From the NCBI GenBank assembly GCA_964549685.1, contig CAZJVE010000001.1:1-64000 (forward strand): a stretch of DNA of 64,000 bases, in the 5' to 3' direction. This DNA is from an uncultured archaeon (GTDB lineage: Archaea; Altiarchaeota; Altiarchaeia; IMC4; QMZM01). The notes under the pieces were generated by a model. It searched no databases. It saw nothing but the letters and a program-made list of their open reading frames with translations, and was not told where the DNA came from. A program made the position numbers and the translations under genes. Below are positions 20,307 through 31,600 of the stretch, one piece after another. The first letter of the stretch is position 1. Every line of letters starts with the position of its first letter.

Positions 20307-22100
20307 TTATGCTCCAACAACCTGTATGTCATCTACATAAAAACGGTCTCCGGTACTTGACATTTCTGCATCGAAGGCTATCCAGAACTCGCTGGTCATT
20401 GAATAGGCCGAAAGGTCTATATCGAAATAATGATATTCATCGTCGTCATCGCCATTAACCCACGTATGGACGGTATACCAGTCCACGTCGTTTGGACTTA
20501 CTCTAGCGTATGCTTCCTCACCCGACTCAAATGAGGCTGCTTTGGCCCAGAACAGTAGTCTTGCATTTGTCCTGCCATTCAGATTCACTGCCCGCTTTAT
20601 GTAACCTGTATTGATTCTTAACCTCACGTGATATGAGCCGGCATGTTCTCCTGATGTATCCACACTGGAATCTCCGGAATGAGACCAGCTGTTTGTCCAT
20701 CCAGAGCCACCCGACCATCCACCGCTTTCCCAGTCTTCCTCTGCAATGGTATCTATCGCGGTCGCACCCAGACAGTTAACTGATACCGCTCCGATGGCCC
20801 AGTGGTCAGATGACTCCAGAGTCCAAGTCATATTCACCAATGTCGCACCGGATTCGGTGCTGCCGGCACCAATCACTCTGCCACCGTCGGCACTCAGCTG
20901 CCAGCGCTGGGTTTGTCCACTACCCACCGTATATGAATCACAGGTTTCACAGCAGACGGTGTCAAACACAAGGTTGTCAGTTGCTGATGAAACTGCTACA
21001 CTCGCTATACTTCCATCATCTTCATTAAAGTTATAAGACCCCAGTGGATTGCTTTGATTTACCCCCATAAAGGTTTCCACCCCAGCAGTTGCACCATCTC
21101 TCATTTCTTCATTCAGATTGACCACTACGTTGTGGGTGCCGGTATCCGGAGCGGTCAGGCTCCAGATCTCCACCCGGGAGTCGTCGGAGTTCTGTATATT
21201 TCCAAGCTTAGTGAGGTCGACATTATTGTATTTGACCGATGTGACATATTCCCAGTCGTTGTTATTGATTGAAACCCCTACAAGCATTAAGCGGTTGGCT
21301 CCGGAGGTTGTGTGTGAGATGGTTATAGTGTCTCCGTTGTCTGTTTTACCCGACGATGAGCTGTCCACCCCACAGCCTCCGATAGTAGTGGTAGTCGAGG
21401 TTGTGGATGTCGAGGTTGTTGATGTTGAGGTTGTTGTACTTGTTGTTGTGCTTGTGGATGTTGTGGTGGATACCGAGGTCGTTGATGATGAGGTTGTGGA
21501 TGTCGAGGTAGTTGAAGATGTGCTCGTCACAGTGGTTGTACTGGGCAGGGTTGCCGTAATGCTTGGCTCTCCGCGCCATAGGCTGAGTTTGATGATGACG
21601 ATTTCGTTGTCAAGGAGACCGGTTCTCTGGACGGTTATCATGGTAGTCTCATTGACTGCGCTTTTTCCGGTTGAGCAGAGGGTGTCATTGATGCTTATCG
21701 TGGTTCCGTTGATATCCGTCAGGTTGAAGTAGAAGTCATACTTTCCGATGCCGAGGAGCCATTTGTTGTTCTCGTAGTTTGAGTTTGATGAATTCATCAG
21801 GATAACGAAATTCAGGACCTTGTCGGGATTGAGAATCCTGCTCTCATCTACCAGGCCTATCGATTCTACATTGGATAGAGACCAGTCCGCGGGAATTCCC
21901 CGGGTCCTGAGGAGCTTCTCCGCCGATTCAACCGCCTTATCCTCTATCTCATAGCGGTTCTTCGACTCTATTATATCTGCTGTTGTTGTGTTCCAGAGGT
22001 AGAAGGCAAGGACCAGGACGAGAGAGAATATCAGATAGGCCAATAAAAATTCGGTGCTGAAGGCCTGGCCCTTTTTCCTACTGGACCTGAATGGTTCCAT
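20307..22100 (-). CDS. Pilin-like adhesin: class III signal, pilin domain, Thr/Ser linker, beta-sandwich domains
   Basis: KKG|QAFSTEFLLAY; long poly-T/S tract; C-terminal beta-rich domain ending FYVDDIQV. Confidence 0.78.
   Translation of the reverse strand: MEPFRSSRKKGQAFSTEFLLAYLIFSLVLVLAFYLWNTTTADIIESKNRYEIEDKAVESAEKLLRTRGIPADWSLSNVESIGLVDESRILNPDKVLNFVILMNSSNSNYENNKWLLGIGKYDFYFNLTDINGTTISINDTLCSTGKSAVNETTMITVQRTGLLDNEIVIIKLSLWRGEPSITATLPSTTTVTSTSSTTSTSTTSSSTTSVSTTTSTSTTTSTTTSTSTTSTSTTSTTTTIGGCGVDSSSSGKTDNGDTITISHTTSGANRLMLVGVSINNNDWEYVTSVKYNNVDLTKLGNIQNSDDSRVEIWSLTAPDTGTHNVVVNLNEEMRDGATAGVETFMGVNQSNPLGSYNFNEDDGSIASVAVSSATDNLVFDTVCCETCDSYTVGSGQTQRWQLSADGGRVIGAGSTESGATLVNMTWTLESSDHWAIGAVSVNCLGATAIDTIAEEDWESGGWSGGSGWTNSWSHSGDSSVDTSGEHAGSYHVRLRINTGYIKRAVNLNGRTNARLLFWAKAASFESGEEAYARVSPNDVDWYTVHTWVNGDDDDEYHYFDIDLSAYSMTSEFWIAFDAEMSSTGDRFYVDDIQVVGA
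21380..21545. repeat. Low-complexity Thr/Ser-coding tract
   Basis: Repeated gttgtggatgtcgag/gttgttgatg units encoding STTTSTS. Confidence 0.8.
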
Positions 22101-22797
22101 TGTAGACATTGTTTGATTCGATGCTTTCGTTAATCTCATCGTTATAATCCACGGATACCTTGACTATGTAATCCCCGGGTAAGGAGGGCATGGTCAGCTC
22201 TGCCATGGCGGTGGTTTTTTCGTCGCTTCGAAGTTCCGAGATATTGACATTGGTATTGTTGACCCTTACCGTGAAGCTGCCGGCATCAATAACTCCAAAA
22301 TTCTCGACGTCTATGCTGACGTTTAATGTTTCATTGGCCCCTGCCGTCAGGGGCCTGAACGAGTCCGGTAATGGCGTTAATTCCGGCCTGTTGCAGAGGA
22401 TTAGAATCCTGCCATCCTCATTGAGGACCTTGTTCTTCGCGTCAAGGCCCTTGTCCAGGCAGTGAATCGTGACATTGGATGTTATAATCTGCTCAATCCA
22501 TGAGAACTGATACCAGGTTATGCCGACAAAATTCTTTGAAATGGTTATGTTATACTCGTGGCCGCCCTGAACCTTTTGCGGGATACTGAAATAGAGATAG
22601 TATGAGGGGCCCTGCTCCGCAATCGTATTGATGTTTGTTGCAACGCTCCTGCATATCCTCTTGCCGTCCATCACCATCTTCAGCTCGTTGCTTTCTATTA
22701 GCTTGAGCTGATAGGAAAAGAGGAGTATGATGAATATTAGCATGATGAACGCTATTGCCATGACCATCTCCAGAGCCGACTGGCCGGCGGAATCCAT
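22078..22797 (-). CDS. Pilin-like protein with C-terminal CARDB (Ig-like) domain
   Basis: SAG|QSALEMVMAIAF; VENFGVIDAGSFTV...VDYNDEINESIESNN. Confidence 0.8.
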   Translation of the reverse strand: MDSAGQSALEMVMAIAFIMLIFIILLFSYQLKLIESNELKMVMDGKRICRSVATNINTIAEQGPSYYLYFSIPQKVQGGHEYNITISKNFVGITWYQFSWIEQIITSNVTIHCLDKGLDAKNKVLNEDGRILILCNRPELTPLPDSFRPLTAGANETLNVSIDVENFGVIDAGSFTVRVNNTNVNISELRSDEKTTAMAELTMPSLPGDYIVKVSVDYNDEINESIESNNVYNGTIQVQ

Positions 22798-22838
22798 GAT
22801 TAACTATTTGCTGCAGAATTATATATCCCTGTGAGTTC

Positions 22839-25643
22839 TCAGCTGTAGGGGTGCCTTCTCGACGTCGTGAAATTCTCGGGGTAGTTTATCTTGTAGGCCC
22901 TGACATAGCCATAGAAGGATTTGTCACCCGTGTCTCCAAGGAAGCCGTCAACCAGCTCGAAGTGCTCCAGTTTATGAACGCTGGGGTCAACAAGCCCTGC
23001 CTGCCTGTAGGCCTCCATGTGGTCTCCCAGATAGAGGGCAGTCATCATGTAGCGGTTAAATTTTTCAGGGACATAGATTAGCGTGGTGAATGTTGGGAAG
23101 TTTATGTACTGCCCAGGATTCTCCCGGTAGTTCAGCGCATTGCCCAAGACATTCGCAAGGGACTGTACGCCCAGGATTGAGCCTCTTTTGCTCTCTCTCC
23201 ATGCCTCCCAGGAAACCGGGTTGTCTGCAACCAGTGCTCCGTCCCGGCTCACTACCGGAGTGACCTTTACGCTGGAAACCGTGCCGCCCTTTATCTCGAA
23301 TATTATCGCCCCGATATAGTCCTCCGGGGCCCCTCCGATGGTGCAGCCGAATACGATTGTTCTGACGCTCTCGAGCCGTCCATCATCGTTGGGTATCAGT
23401 TGCGGCTGGAGTATACTATTTTGCGGGGAAAACCCGCACTGGGCATAGGACTCGTACTCGCCTATCCTGTTCGGGTCGTCAAGCGGGGCGGTAACGTTCG
23501 ACGTGGCTATAAAATGAGGGGCACCGCTCTTCCCTATCATCGTCCAGTCGATAACGACATGAGTAGCATTATAGACCTTGGCAATATCCAGTGCCTCTGA
23601 CTCATCCTCAATCAGAACATGGAACTGGGCAATATCCTGTACCATCAGGTTGCCGGCCTTCAGGTTGTCCAGTATGCTGGTTTTCCCTGAGACTGCCGCT
23701 ATCCAGTGGCCGTAGTCCCACCATGTGAGTATTGTCGTATCCTCCGGGAGCGTGCCTATCCACTCCAGGGCTGGGTCCCAGTATATCCTGTCGGGGCTGG
23801 CACCCATGTGCATTACGGACCTCCCACCAAAAGCGCTGAATAGGAAGGTATCGTCAATGCCCTGTCCGATGAAGGGCAGGAGAAGCGGCAGAGTCAGTAT
23901 TAAGAATGTCGGAATTATCCTAAGGCTTTCCATGTCCTTTTTCGTCAGTATGAGAATCAGCCCGATGGTGGAGCCAAGGGCAACTATTGGAACGCTTGCC
24001 GTGAACTGGTACTGGGACTTATTGAAAACACCCCATATCATCGGCAGTGCAAGGGCAAGAACGAACACCGAGCCAAAGCTCCTCTTCTTTATTATGAAAT
24101 ATCCCAGGATTGGAATCATCGCAAACCCGAGGTATGATGCAATTCCGAAGGCAAAATAGAATCTGCGCAGGCATCCGGAATCCCATTCGTTACACAGGGG
24201 ATTCTGCTCGGCGGTGGTTTTACCTATGATATCCTCGACCTTGGCCCCTCTGATGGTGCGGATTACATAATCAACCATGTTCACCGGGTCCATGAAGAAT
24301 ACGAAGAGGAGGATGGATGAGACAAGGATTACTGCTGAAATAGGCAATACATTCCTCTGGATGTAGTTCTCAACCCTGTATTCTATGCTATTGCCCTCGA
24401 CCTCAATCCTGCCGTGGAGGCGAATCCTTATGAATTCCAGGGCAAAGGATATGAAAATCGTAGCGGCGAATGGCAGCAGGACTATTGGGTCCGGGAACGA
24501 GAACCTCGGCAATGAACCGGCAGAATGGAGTATTAACGGATGGAGCTGGCTCATGAACATCGGGATTAGGACATATGGAAGATGTTCAACGCAGTTCCTT
24601 TTATGTATGAAGGAAACGACTGCGTAGAGGGATGCGAAGACGCCGAGGATTACAAATGCGTAGGTGTAGCCGGTCCATGCGAGGTTCAGCATAAGGAAGG
24701 AAAACCCGGCCAGGATGGAATACAGGAAGCTCTTTCTTCTAAACGATATGACGAATAGCAGGAACGAAGAGACCATCAGGAACATTCCTAATGCATCGTC
24801 TTCACAATTGCTTGCTATGGCCTTTGTTGCAAACGCCGGGTTGAAGATTAGTATGAATGCTGCAAGAAGCGCGGCCATGTAGTTGTAGGGTTTGTGCTCC
24901 ACGAAGAGGTCCCTGATAAGGAGGTATATCAGCAGAACCGTAAATGCAGCAAAGACGCCGGGATATATCATGGCAACGTCATGGGTCGTAATGCCCAGTG
25001 GTTTCAGTACTAATGTTACTGAAGCCATGAGGACAGAAACGAACATTTTAAACCCTGAAAAATCCGGCCTGTGCCCGGGATAATTCAGATTCTCTGTCTC
25101 AAGTATCTTGCCGTCATTGACTATATTGCCTGCATGCCTGTAGTAGAGATAGGGGTCCAGGGCCGACAGGAACTTTCCTGTGGATTCAAACCCCTGCTCG
25201 TTGATTGTAAGCGCGGGGGCAAGGTGTATCAGAAGAGCTGACAGGAAGAGGGTGAATATGACCGAGTGTCTGAACTTTAAAATGCTATGAAGGAACAGCG
25301 AGTAGAAGAGGATTGCCAGACCGAACATCACGGAGAATACGTAGTAGTCCCTCGCATTGACTCCTCCTGCCTCGTAGTATTTCATGACGAAGAGGGACAT
25401 CAATGCAATCAGCAGCGGAATTCCAAGGAGGCGGTAGTTCCCCTTCTCTGCCCTGAAATGGAGATAGATGAAGTAGAGCGATGCCAGGAGGAGAAACGCT
25501 ATGAGGATTAAAACCATGTTGGACGTGGGGCCGCTGAACAATGGAAGTAAGAGTGAGACTACAAACGCTACTATCGACGTTATAAAGAGCGGCTCCTCAA
25601 AATGCTCCAGCAGGCTTCTCTCTTGCTTATTTTCTTCAGGCAT
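22839..25643 (-). CDS. aglB: Oligosaccharyltransferase (STT3 family)
   Basis: Multi-TM; LDPYLYYR, TTAEQ, WWDYG, DWTMIGK. Confidence 0.92.
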   Translation of the reverse strand: MPEENKQERSLLEHFEEPLFITSIVAFVVSLLLPLFSGPTSNMVLILIAFLLLASLYFIYLHFRAEKGNYRLLGIPLLIALMSLFVMKYYEAGGVNARDYYVFSVMFGLAILFYSLFLHSILKFRHSVIFTLFLSALLIHLAPALTINEQGFESTGKFLSALDPYLYYRHAGNIVNDGKILETENLNYPGHRPDFSGFKMFVSVLMASVTLVLKPLGITTHDVAMIYPGVFAAFTVLLIYLLIRDLFVEHKPYNYMAALLAAFILIFNPAFATKAIASNCEDDALGMFLMVSSFLLFVISFRRKSFLYSILAGFSFLMLNLAWTGYTYAFVILGVFASLYAVVSFIHKRNCVEHLPYVLIPMFMSQLHPLILHSAGSLPRFSFPDPIVLLPFAATIFISFALEFIRIRLHGRIEVEGNSIEYRVENYIQRNVLPISAVILVSSILLFVFFMDPVNMVDYVIRTIRGAKVEDIIGKTTAEQNPLCNEWDSGCLRRFYFAFGIASYLGFAMIPILGYFIIKKRSFGSVFVLALALPMIWGVFNKSQYQFTASVPIVALGSTIGLILILTKKDMESLRIIPTFLILTLPLLLPFIGQGIDDTFLFSAFGGRSVMHMGASPDRIYWDPALEWIGTLPEDTTILTWWDYGHWIAAVSGKTSILDNLKAGNLMVQDIAQFHVLIEDESEALDIAKVYNATHVVIDWTMIGKSGAPHFIATSNVTAPLDDPNRIGEYESYAQCGFSPQNSILQPQLIPNDDGRLESVRTIVFGCTIGGAPEDYIGAIIFEIKGGTVSSVKVTPVVSRDGALVADNPVSWEAWRESKRGSILGVQSLANVLGNALNYRENPGQYINFPTFTTLIYVPEKFNRYMMTALYLGDHMEAYRQAGLVDPSVHKLEHFELVDGFLGDTGDKSFYGYVRAYKINYPENFTTSRRHPYS

Positions 25644-25677
25644 GTTTATCTATCGCATCGAGGATATAAAATTCCCC

Positions 25678-28600
25678 TCAGTTGCAGTTCATCTCCGACT
25701 GCCCATCCCAGGTGCCGGTCATCGTGCAGGTGCCTGAAGTGCCTTGTATGGAAGCGGTCATTGCTATGGGAGCAGGGCCATAGAGAATCATGCAGATTGG
25801 GTCTCCCGCAAGGCTTTTATTCAGATAGTCGCACCAGAAGTATTTCAGGCCCGTTGTGATGATAACAGCCAGGACAGCAAAGAGTACGAGCCACATGGCA
25901 AGCGATATTAGGGCAGCAATGAGACCGCCCTTGACAAGTGCTATCAGTATGTGAATAGCTATCATGGCGATGAAGCCCACGCCTATCCAGGTCGCGATGG
26001 TTTCCATCTTTCTTCCAACCATTACGTAGAAGGGGTTGTTCTCGTTGTCGCCCATAACCTCAAGCTTCGTTCCAACATCCTCCAAGATAATCTGGACTAC
26101 TCCAATGCCGACCATTGCAACCCCGCTTGCCTTGCCCAGCGTTGCGAGCCTGTCCTTCCCGAGCTTGCCGAGTTTCTCATGCGTCCACTCCATGACCTCA
26201 TACACCCTCTTGTAGTACTTCGACTGGTGCCACTTTGTCCTGACGTTGTCGGTGAAGTCGATGAAGGTCTCCAGCTTGCTCTTGAGTGAGTTTTTCTTCT
26301 CCGCAATCTTTTCTGCCCAAGTGGCCTTCTTCTCCTCTGGAAGCGCGTCGAAGTCCTCCTTGGCCTTGAGCAATTCCTGTCCTACTTTCTCATAGAGGGA
26401 GGTCGCATCCTCTGTCATATCCATGCGGCCCTTCATAAGGTCGTCCATAACTTCATGTACCTTTATTCTTACGACATCATCCTCCAGGGCACCCAGGTCT
26501 TTTGCTACTGCTAGCACCTCCTTCGCCTTGGTGAGCGTCTCCTTGATGCCCTGGATGTCCTCCTCAAGACCGGCAAGGTCGTCCGGAACAAGTACGGCAT
26601 CGGCTTGTATCTCGGCCTTGAAGGCATTTACCTTCGTTTCCACATCGATTGCCTTTGCCTCGTCCAGCTCCTTGATGGCAGTACTCAGCAAGACCCTGTA
26701 ACGTTCCATTGATTCGCTATATTCTAGGTATCTACGAGCGGAGTCAAGTATCTTCGCCCTGGATTGGGGCTTTAGTGCATCAACTATCGGATGATATTTC
26801 TCATAGAGCGGCTTGAAGTCCTTCGCGCCGTCGAATTCCGCCTTGAATTCGGCATACATCTGGTCCCTGAGCTCAAATGAATCCACGGTATATGCTGCCT
26901 CTACGAGCCGCTTGGATGCCTTTTCAAAATCATTCACAAATGCCCAGTCCTCTGCCTGTTCCATCAAATACCCGTGCCTTATTTCAGTGCGCACGGCCGA
27001 TTTCAGTGCCTCGATGCGGGACGTTATATCATCAATCTGCTCCTGGTCGCCAACGAAGGTCATGTCCTCAGGGTAGGACTCCTTTATCCTGGTGGGGTCA
27101 AAGACCTCGTCCTTGGTTTCTCCGATGCGGTCGAGGTTTATTATTACTTCCTCTCCTCCTTCCCTGACTTTCACAGCGAAGTCATACCCTTGGTCGGGGT
27201 CCCCGGGCAAGACCTCAAAATCACGTTTGGTGAATTCCTCAACGAGCCGGGCAAGGAATTCGTTATCACTAACATCAATAGCGAACATATCTATATCTTT
27301 AGGATACTTCCAGTTTATCTTCTCTGGGGATTCGTAGAGGTACTGTGTGCTTCCCTTTATCCCTACGGCGCCCTCCTCTCCGGTTGTCTCCTGGGCCACC
27401 TTCAATGCCTCGTGGATGATGTCCAGGAGATTATGTACTCTTTGTTCGGGCGGAAGTTCGGTTTTGGTGTTCTCGATTAGGTATGCGTCCTTGGTCGTGT
27501 GGGCCTTGCTGAGCTTGTAGCATAACCCGCTCAATTTCAGTGCCTCAACCGTTGGTAGCCATTTCTCATACAGCGACTGGAAGTCCTTTGCTCCGTCGAA
27601 TTCCGTTACGAATTCGGCATATATTCCGTCCCTGACCCCGTAGTCATCGAGAACCACTGCTGCGTTCGCAAGCCGCCTGCATGCCTTTTCATAGTCGTTC
27701 TTATATGCCAGGTCTTTCGCCGATTTAAGGATTATCTCATATCTTGCCTTAACGCGCTCGGTAGATTTCAGCTCCTCGATGGCAGTTTGCAGGCTCTCAA
27801 GCCGCTCCTTGTCAGCCACAAGGGTCATGCCCTCGGCATAATAATCCTTTATAAGAGCCGGGTCAAGGACATACTTCTGGGATTGTCCGAGATAGTCGAG
27901 ACCCAGCATCTTTGTCTCCCCGTTCACCCTTACCTCTACGGCATATCCACTTGGATGCATGATAAAGCCTCGCCCTTCTAATGAATTCACAAGCTCGGTA
28001 TAGAACTTGTTGGGGCTCGCATCAATCACGACCATGTCTATGTCCGATATATACTTCCAGTTTATCTTGCTGGTGGATTCATAAAATGATGTGGCACTCC
28101 CCCTTATTGCTACGGCGCCCTCCTCTCCGGTCTTCTTCAATGCCTCGTATATGATGTCCAGCATGTTATGCTTCTGCCCGGCGGTATTCTCGATTAGGTA
28201 TGCGTCCTTGGTCGTGTAGGCCTTGCTGAGCTTGTAGCATAACCCGCTCAATTTCAGTGCCTCAACCGTTGGTAGCCATTTCTCATACAGCGACTGGAAG
28301 TCCTTTGCTCCGTCGAATTCCGTTACGAATTCGGCATACATCTGGTCCCTGACTTCATAATTATCCATGACCCATACTGCCTCTACGAGTCGCCGGTATG
28401 CGTGTTCATAGTCGGCATAGTCGGAGACAATATTCTTGGCACGTTCAACACGCACATCGCGCATGCTTTCTTTTGTTTCGGCACTTAGCTCCATCGCCTC
28501 AAGACTTTCGATTAGCGAATCTATCTCTTTGCTATCCCCTATAAAGGTCATTCCATGGGGGTCATATTCAGTATAGTCAGCAAATACCCAGTCCATCGGG

Positions 28601-31600
28601 GGGCTCCCTGTAGAATCGATGTTAATCCTTTTTGTTGCCACGTCGGCGTAGACCTCAAATGAAAACAACTGAGGGATGAACTGGTTGTCGTATTGTGGGT
28701 CGAATCCACGTGATTGGAATACATCGTAGAGATGCTTCAGGAATGGCACATCGTCTGCCATATCGAATGCAATCACATCAAGATCTTTTACATATTTCCA
28801 GTTTATCTTACCCTCGGAATCATAGAAGTAGCTAAGACTGCCACGTATGCCTACAGCGCCTTTTGTGGAGAGTTCGCTGTTTGCTTTAACCCGCGCCTCC
28901 TCCAGGATTTCCAGCAGATTGTACTCCACCCCTCCAGGATTCTTTATATTGAATGCCTCCTTAGCAGTTAGTGACCTGCTGAGCTTGTAGCACATATCCA
29001 CCCCTATAGCATCAATCTTGGCTTTGATTTGTGGTTCAAATATATAAAAAAGGTCGTTAAGGTTGGGGTAATCCTCTATGTAAAGGTCAACCATATTTGA
29101 CGTGAGCTGCTTGTCTCCCATTAGGTGGCTTACCGCAATCTGTCTCTTGAGTGCCTTCTCGTATTTTCCGTCAACTGCAAGGCCATGCGCCTCATCATAC
29201 AGATATATGAGCCGGGCCTTTAAGGCATCAGAGGTAGCCTTTTCCTTAACCTCGGCAAGGATAGTGTCTATCTCTCCAAGCATCTCTCCCTTGCCTATGT
29301 AGATGCCATGGTAGGCCTGGTCTATAAGGGTGGGCATGTTATCCCCGTATAATGATTTCAGGTTCCCTAGCTTCTCGGTGAACCAGACATTCGTCCCGAC
29401 CTCGCGCCCGTAGAATTCCGCCATGTCGGGGCCCAGTTTCTCCTTCACGATATTGGCAACATCAGAATACTTGGAATCAGGGACATCGTCCGAGAATATG
29501 AGGGAGTAGTCCACATCGTTAATGTACTCGTACCTGATGACCGGTGTCCCGTCCTTGAGCGTGTAGAAGTATGAATTGCTGCCATAGATGTCTATCACAA
29601 CGTCCCCGGGGATTCCCTCGGCAGCCATCCTTGAGCGGACCTCGGGCAGCGTCTTCTGCTCGATGGTGTCTATGAGATTCTTTGGCTTTCCTGTCGCGGG
29701 GTCGATTATGGGCTCCAGCGTGCTTGGGTCCCTGAGATGGAAGGACTCCCTGGTTTCAGGGAATGTGTCGGGGAACCTTGCGCAGCCCTCGGGGCAGACC
29801 CAGTCAATCTTGTCCCAGATTTCTGTCTTCAGGAAGTCCAGGTCCTTTGCTTCCCAAGGAATGTTGCCCCAGAGTGTCCTGCCCTTTGTCTCCTGATCGA
29901 TGAGGAATGCCCTGACCTCCTCGGTCGGTCTGCCTATTAGATTGTTTTTGTAGACGGCCTCGCCCTCAGGACCTTCAAGGAATTTACCGTTTGCGTCCTC
30001 GAGGAAGAGGAATAATTGCTCCACTATCGCATTCCCATACGTATCTTTAACCGTTATGTCTGCATACTGGTAGGGCCTGCCCTGGGAATCAGTAAACTGG
30101 GAATTGACTATGGATATACTAAACTGATCTGCGCTCTCCAGCGTGCCTATGATGTCCATCACAGGAGCGAACTTCAAAGCCCTGTACGACTTCGCAATGA
30201 AGGGGTTTGCACCCATCACCTGTGGATCCATCAAATTCGTGGTTTGGATGACAGTAATGTCGGCCTCCAGAAACCTCGCGATTGCGTATTCGTGGAATAT
30301 CTTTGCAAGCCCCTTGCCCTGGAATTCATCGAAGACTTCATAATTCAGCGAGATGAGATTCAGCTGTCCTACGCCCTCTGTAATTCCGCGCTGATAATTC
30401 CGGAAGGCAATATTCTTTCCACGGAGGTCAGGCTTCGTTTCGTCAAGCTTGTAGAGAGCGTCCTCAAAGGAGGCTGCGTCCTCAAAAGGTATATCAGTGG
30501 ATGTCTTCACGCTCTCGTATATGAACTCCTGTCCTGCAAGAGGGTGTCCTGATTTGGGCTTTATACGATATCTTCTCCTAACAGCATTCTCACCCTCCTG
30601 TTCCTCCCCCAGGAATTCGACAATCTCGAAGGAGGGGTAGTCCTTTTCGATTCCTCCGGCGCAGGCGGGGTCTACCTTTACGTCTTCGCCGGGGACTTCT
30701 ACAGGACATACATCAGCGAAGCCGAACTTTGCCTTGAACTCGCAGAATTTCTTGCTGGTTTCGGAGATAAGCTCTGTGGTTGAAATGCTTGGATTCACAT
30801 CACTCTTAGTGACCTTCTTGATGATATCCTCATCCAGCGCCTTGATTATGAATTCGTGATGTTGTGTGGATATCTCGCCCATGGTTTCCTCTATCTTGCC
30901 CAGCGAGTACTCAAAGCTTTCTATGTTTTGGCTGAGAGTGGTGCCCCTGTAGCCCTTCCTTGCATAGAATGCATCTTCTGCATGTGGATATACGTCCTTC
31001 AGTATCTTTAGTGAGAGGTCTTCGGACAATTCCGTTACCTTCTTGCATATCTGGAATCTGTCTTCACCATAATATTTGTCTTTAACTAAGTGGTCCCGGG
31101 TAATCTCCTTCAGACCCAGTAATTCCGGGAATTCCTCAAATATCGGTTTGGCGGGGTCTGACCTACCCATCACCATATGCGTGCCGCCCTCCTTCAGCCT
31201 GTTTATTATCTTTGCCTTTACTTCTGGCTCTATGTCATAGTTCAGGAACCATCTTTCATAATAGGTGTTATATCCTCCTTCAAGCTCTGGTGGGAAAAAG
31301 GTATTGGCGTCTTTGTTATAAAACCATATCGTCTTTGTATCTCCCTTGTATTCAAACGTGACCTTGAACTTTTGGGGTTCCACCTCCTCCACCTGAATGC
31401 TGGAGAATGGAATATCCGGGTCCATTCCATACTCTTTTGCAGTAGCCCAGAGCTTTACTCTTATACCGTCCGAATTTGAAAGTGAAGCATCCGGGTCCAC
31501 ATAGATGCCTGTTTTGGCAGCGGTCTCCATGAATAGTGAGGGGTCCATGGAAGACGCAGGATAATACGCCAGTTCTCCTGGGCATTTGCCTCCGAGCCAG

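Noticed and set aside
21380-21545. Regulatory or phase-variable repeat
   Set aside because: Explained by a Thr/Ser linker with degenerate codons
10991-22797. Archaellum operon
   Set aside because: No ArlB/ArlH/ArlF recognisable; two TadB/C genes plus vWA/CARDB adhesins fit an adhesive type IV pilus
27470-28338. DGR template/variable repeat pair
   Set aside because: Only one mismatch, both copies in-frame mid-gene, and no reverse transcriptase in the window
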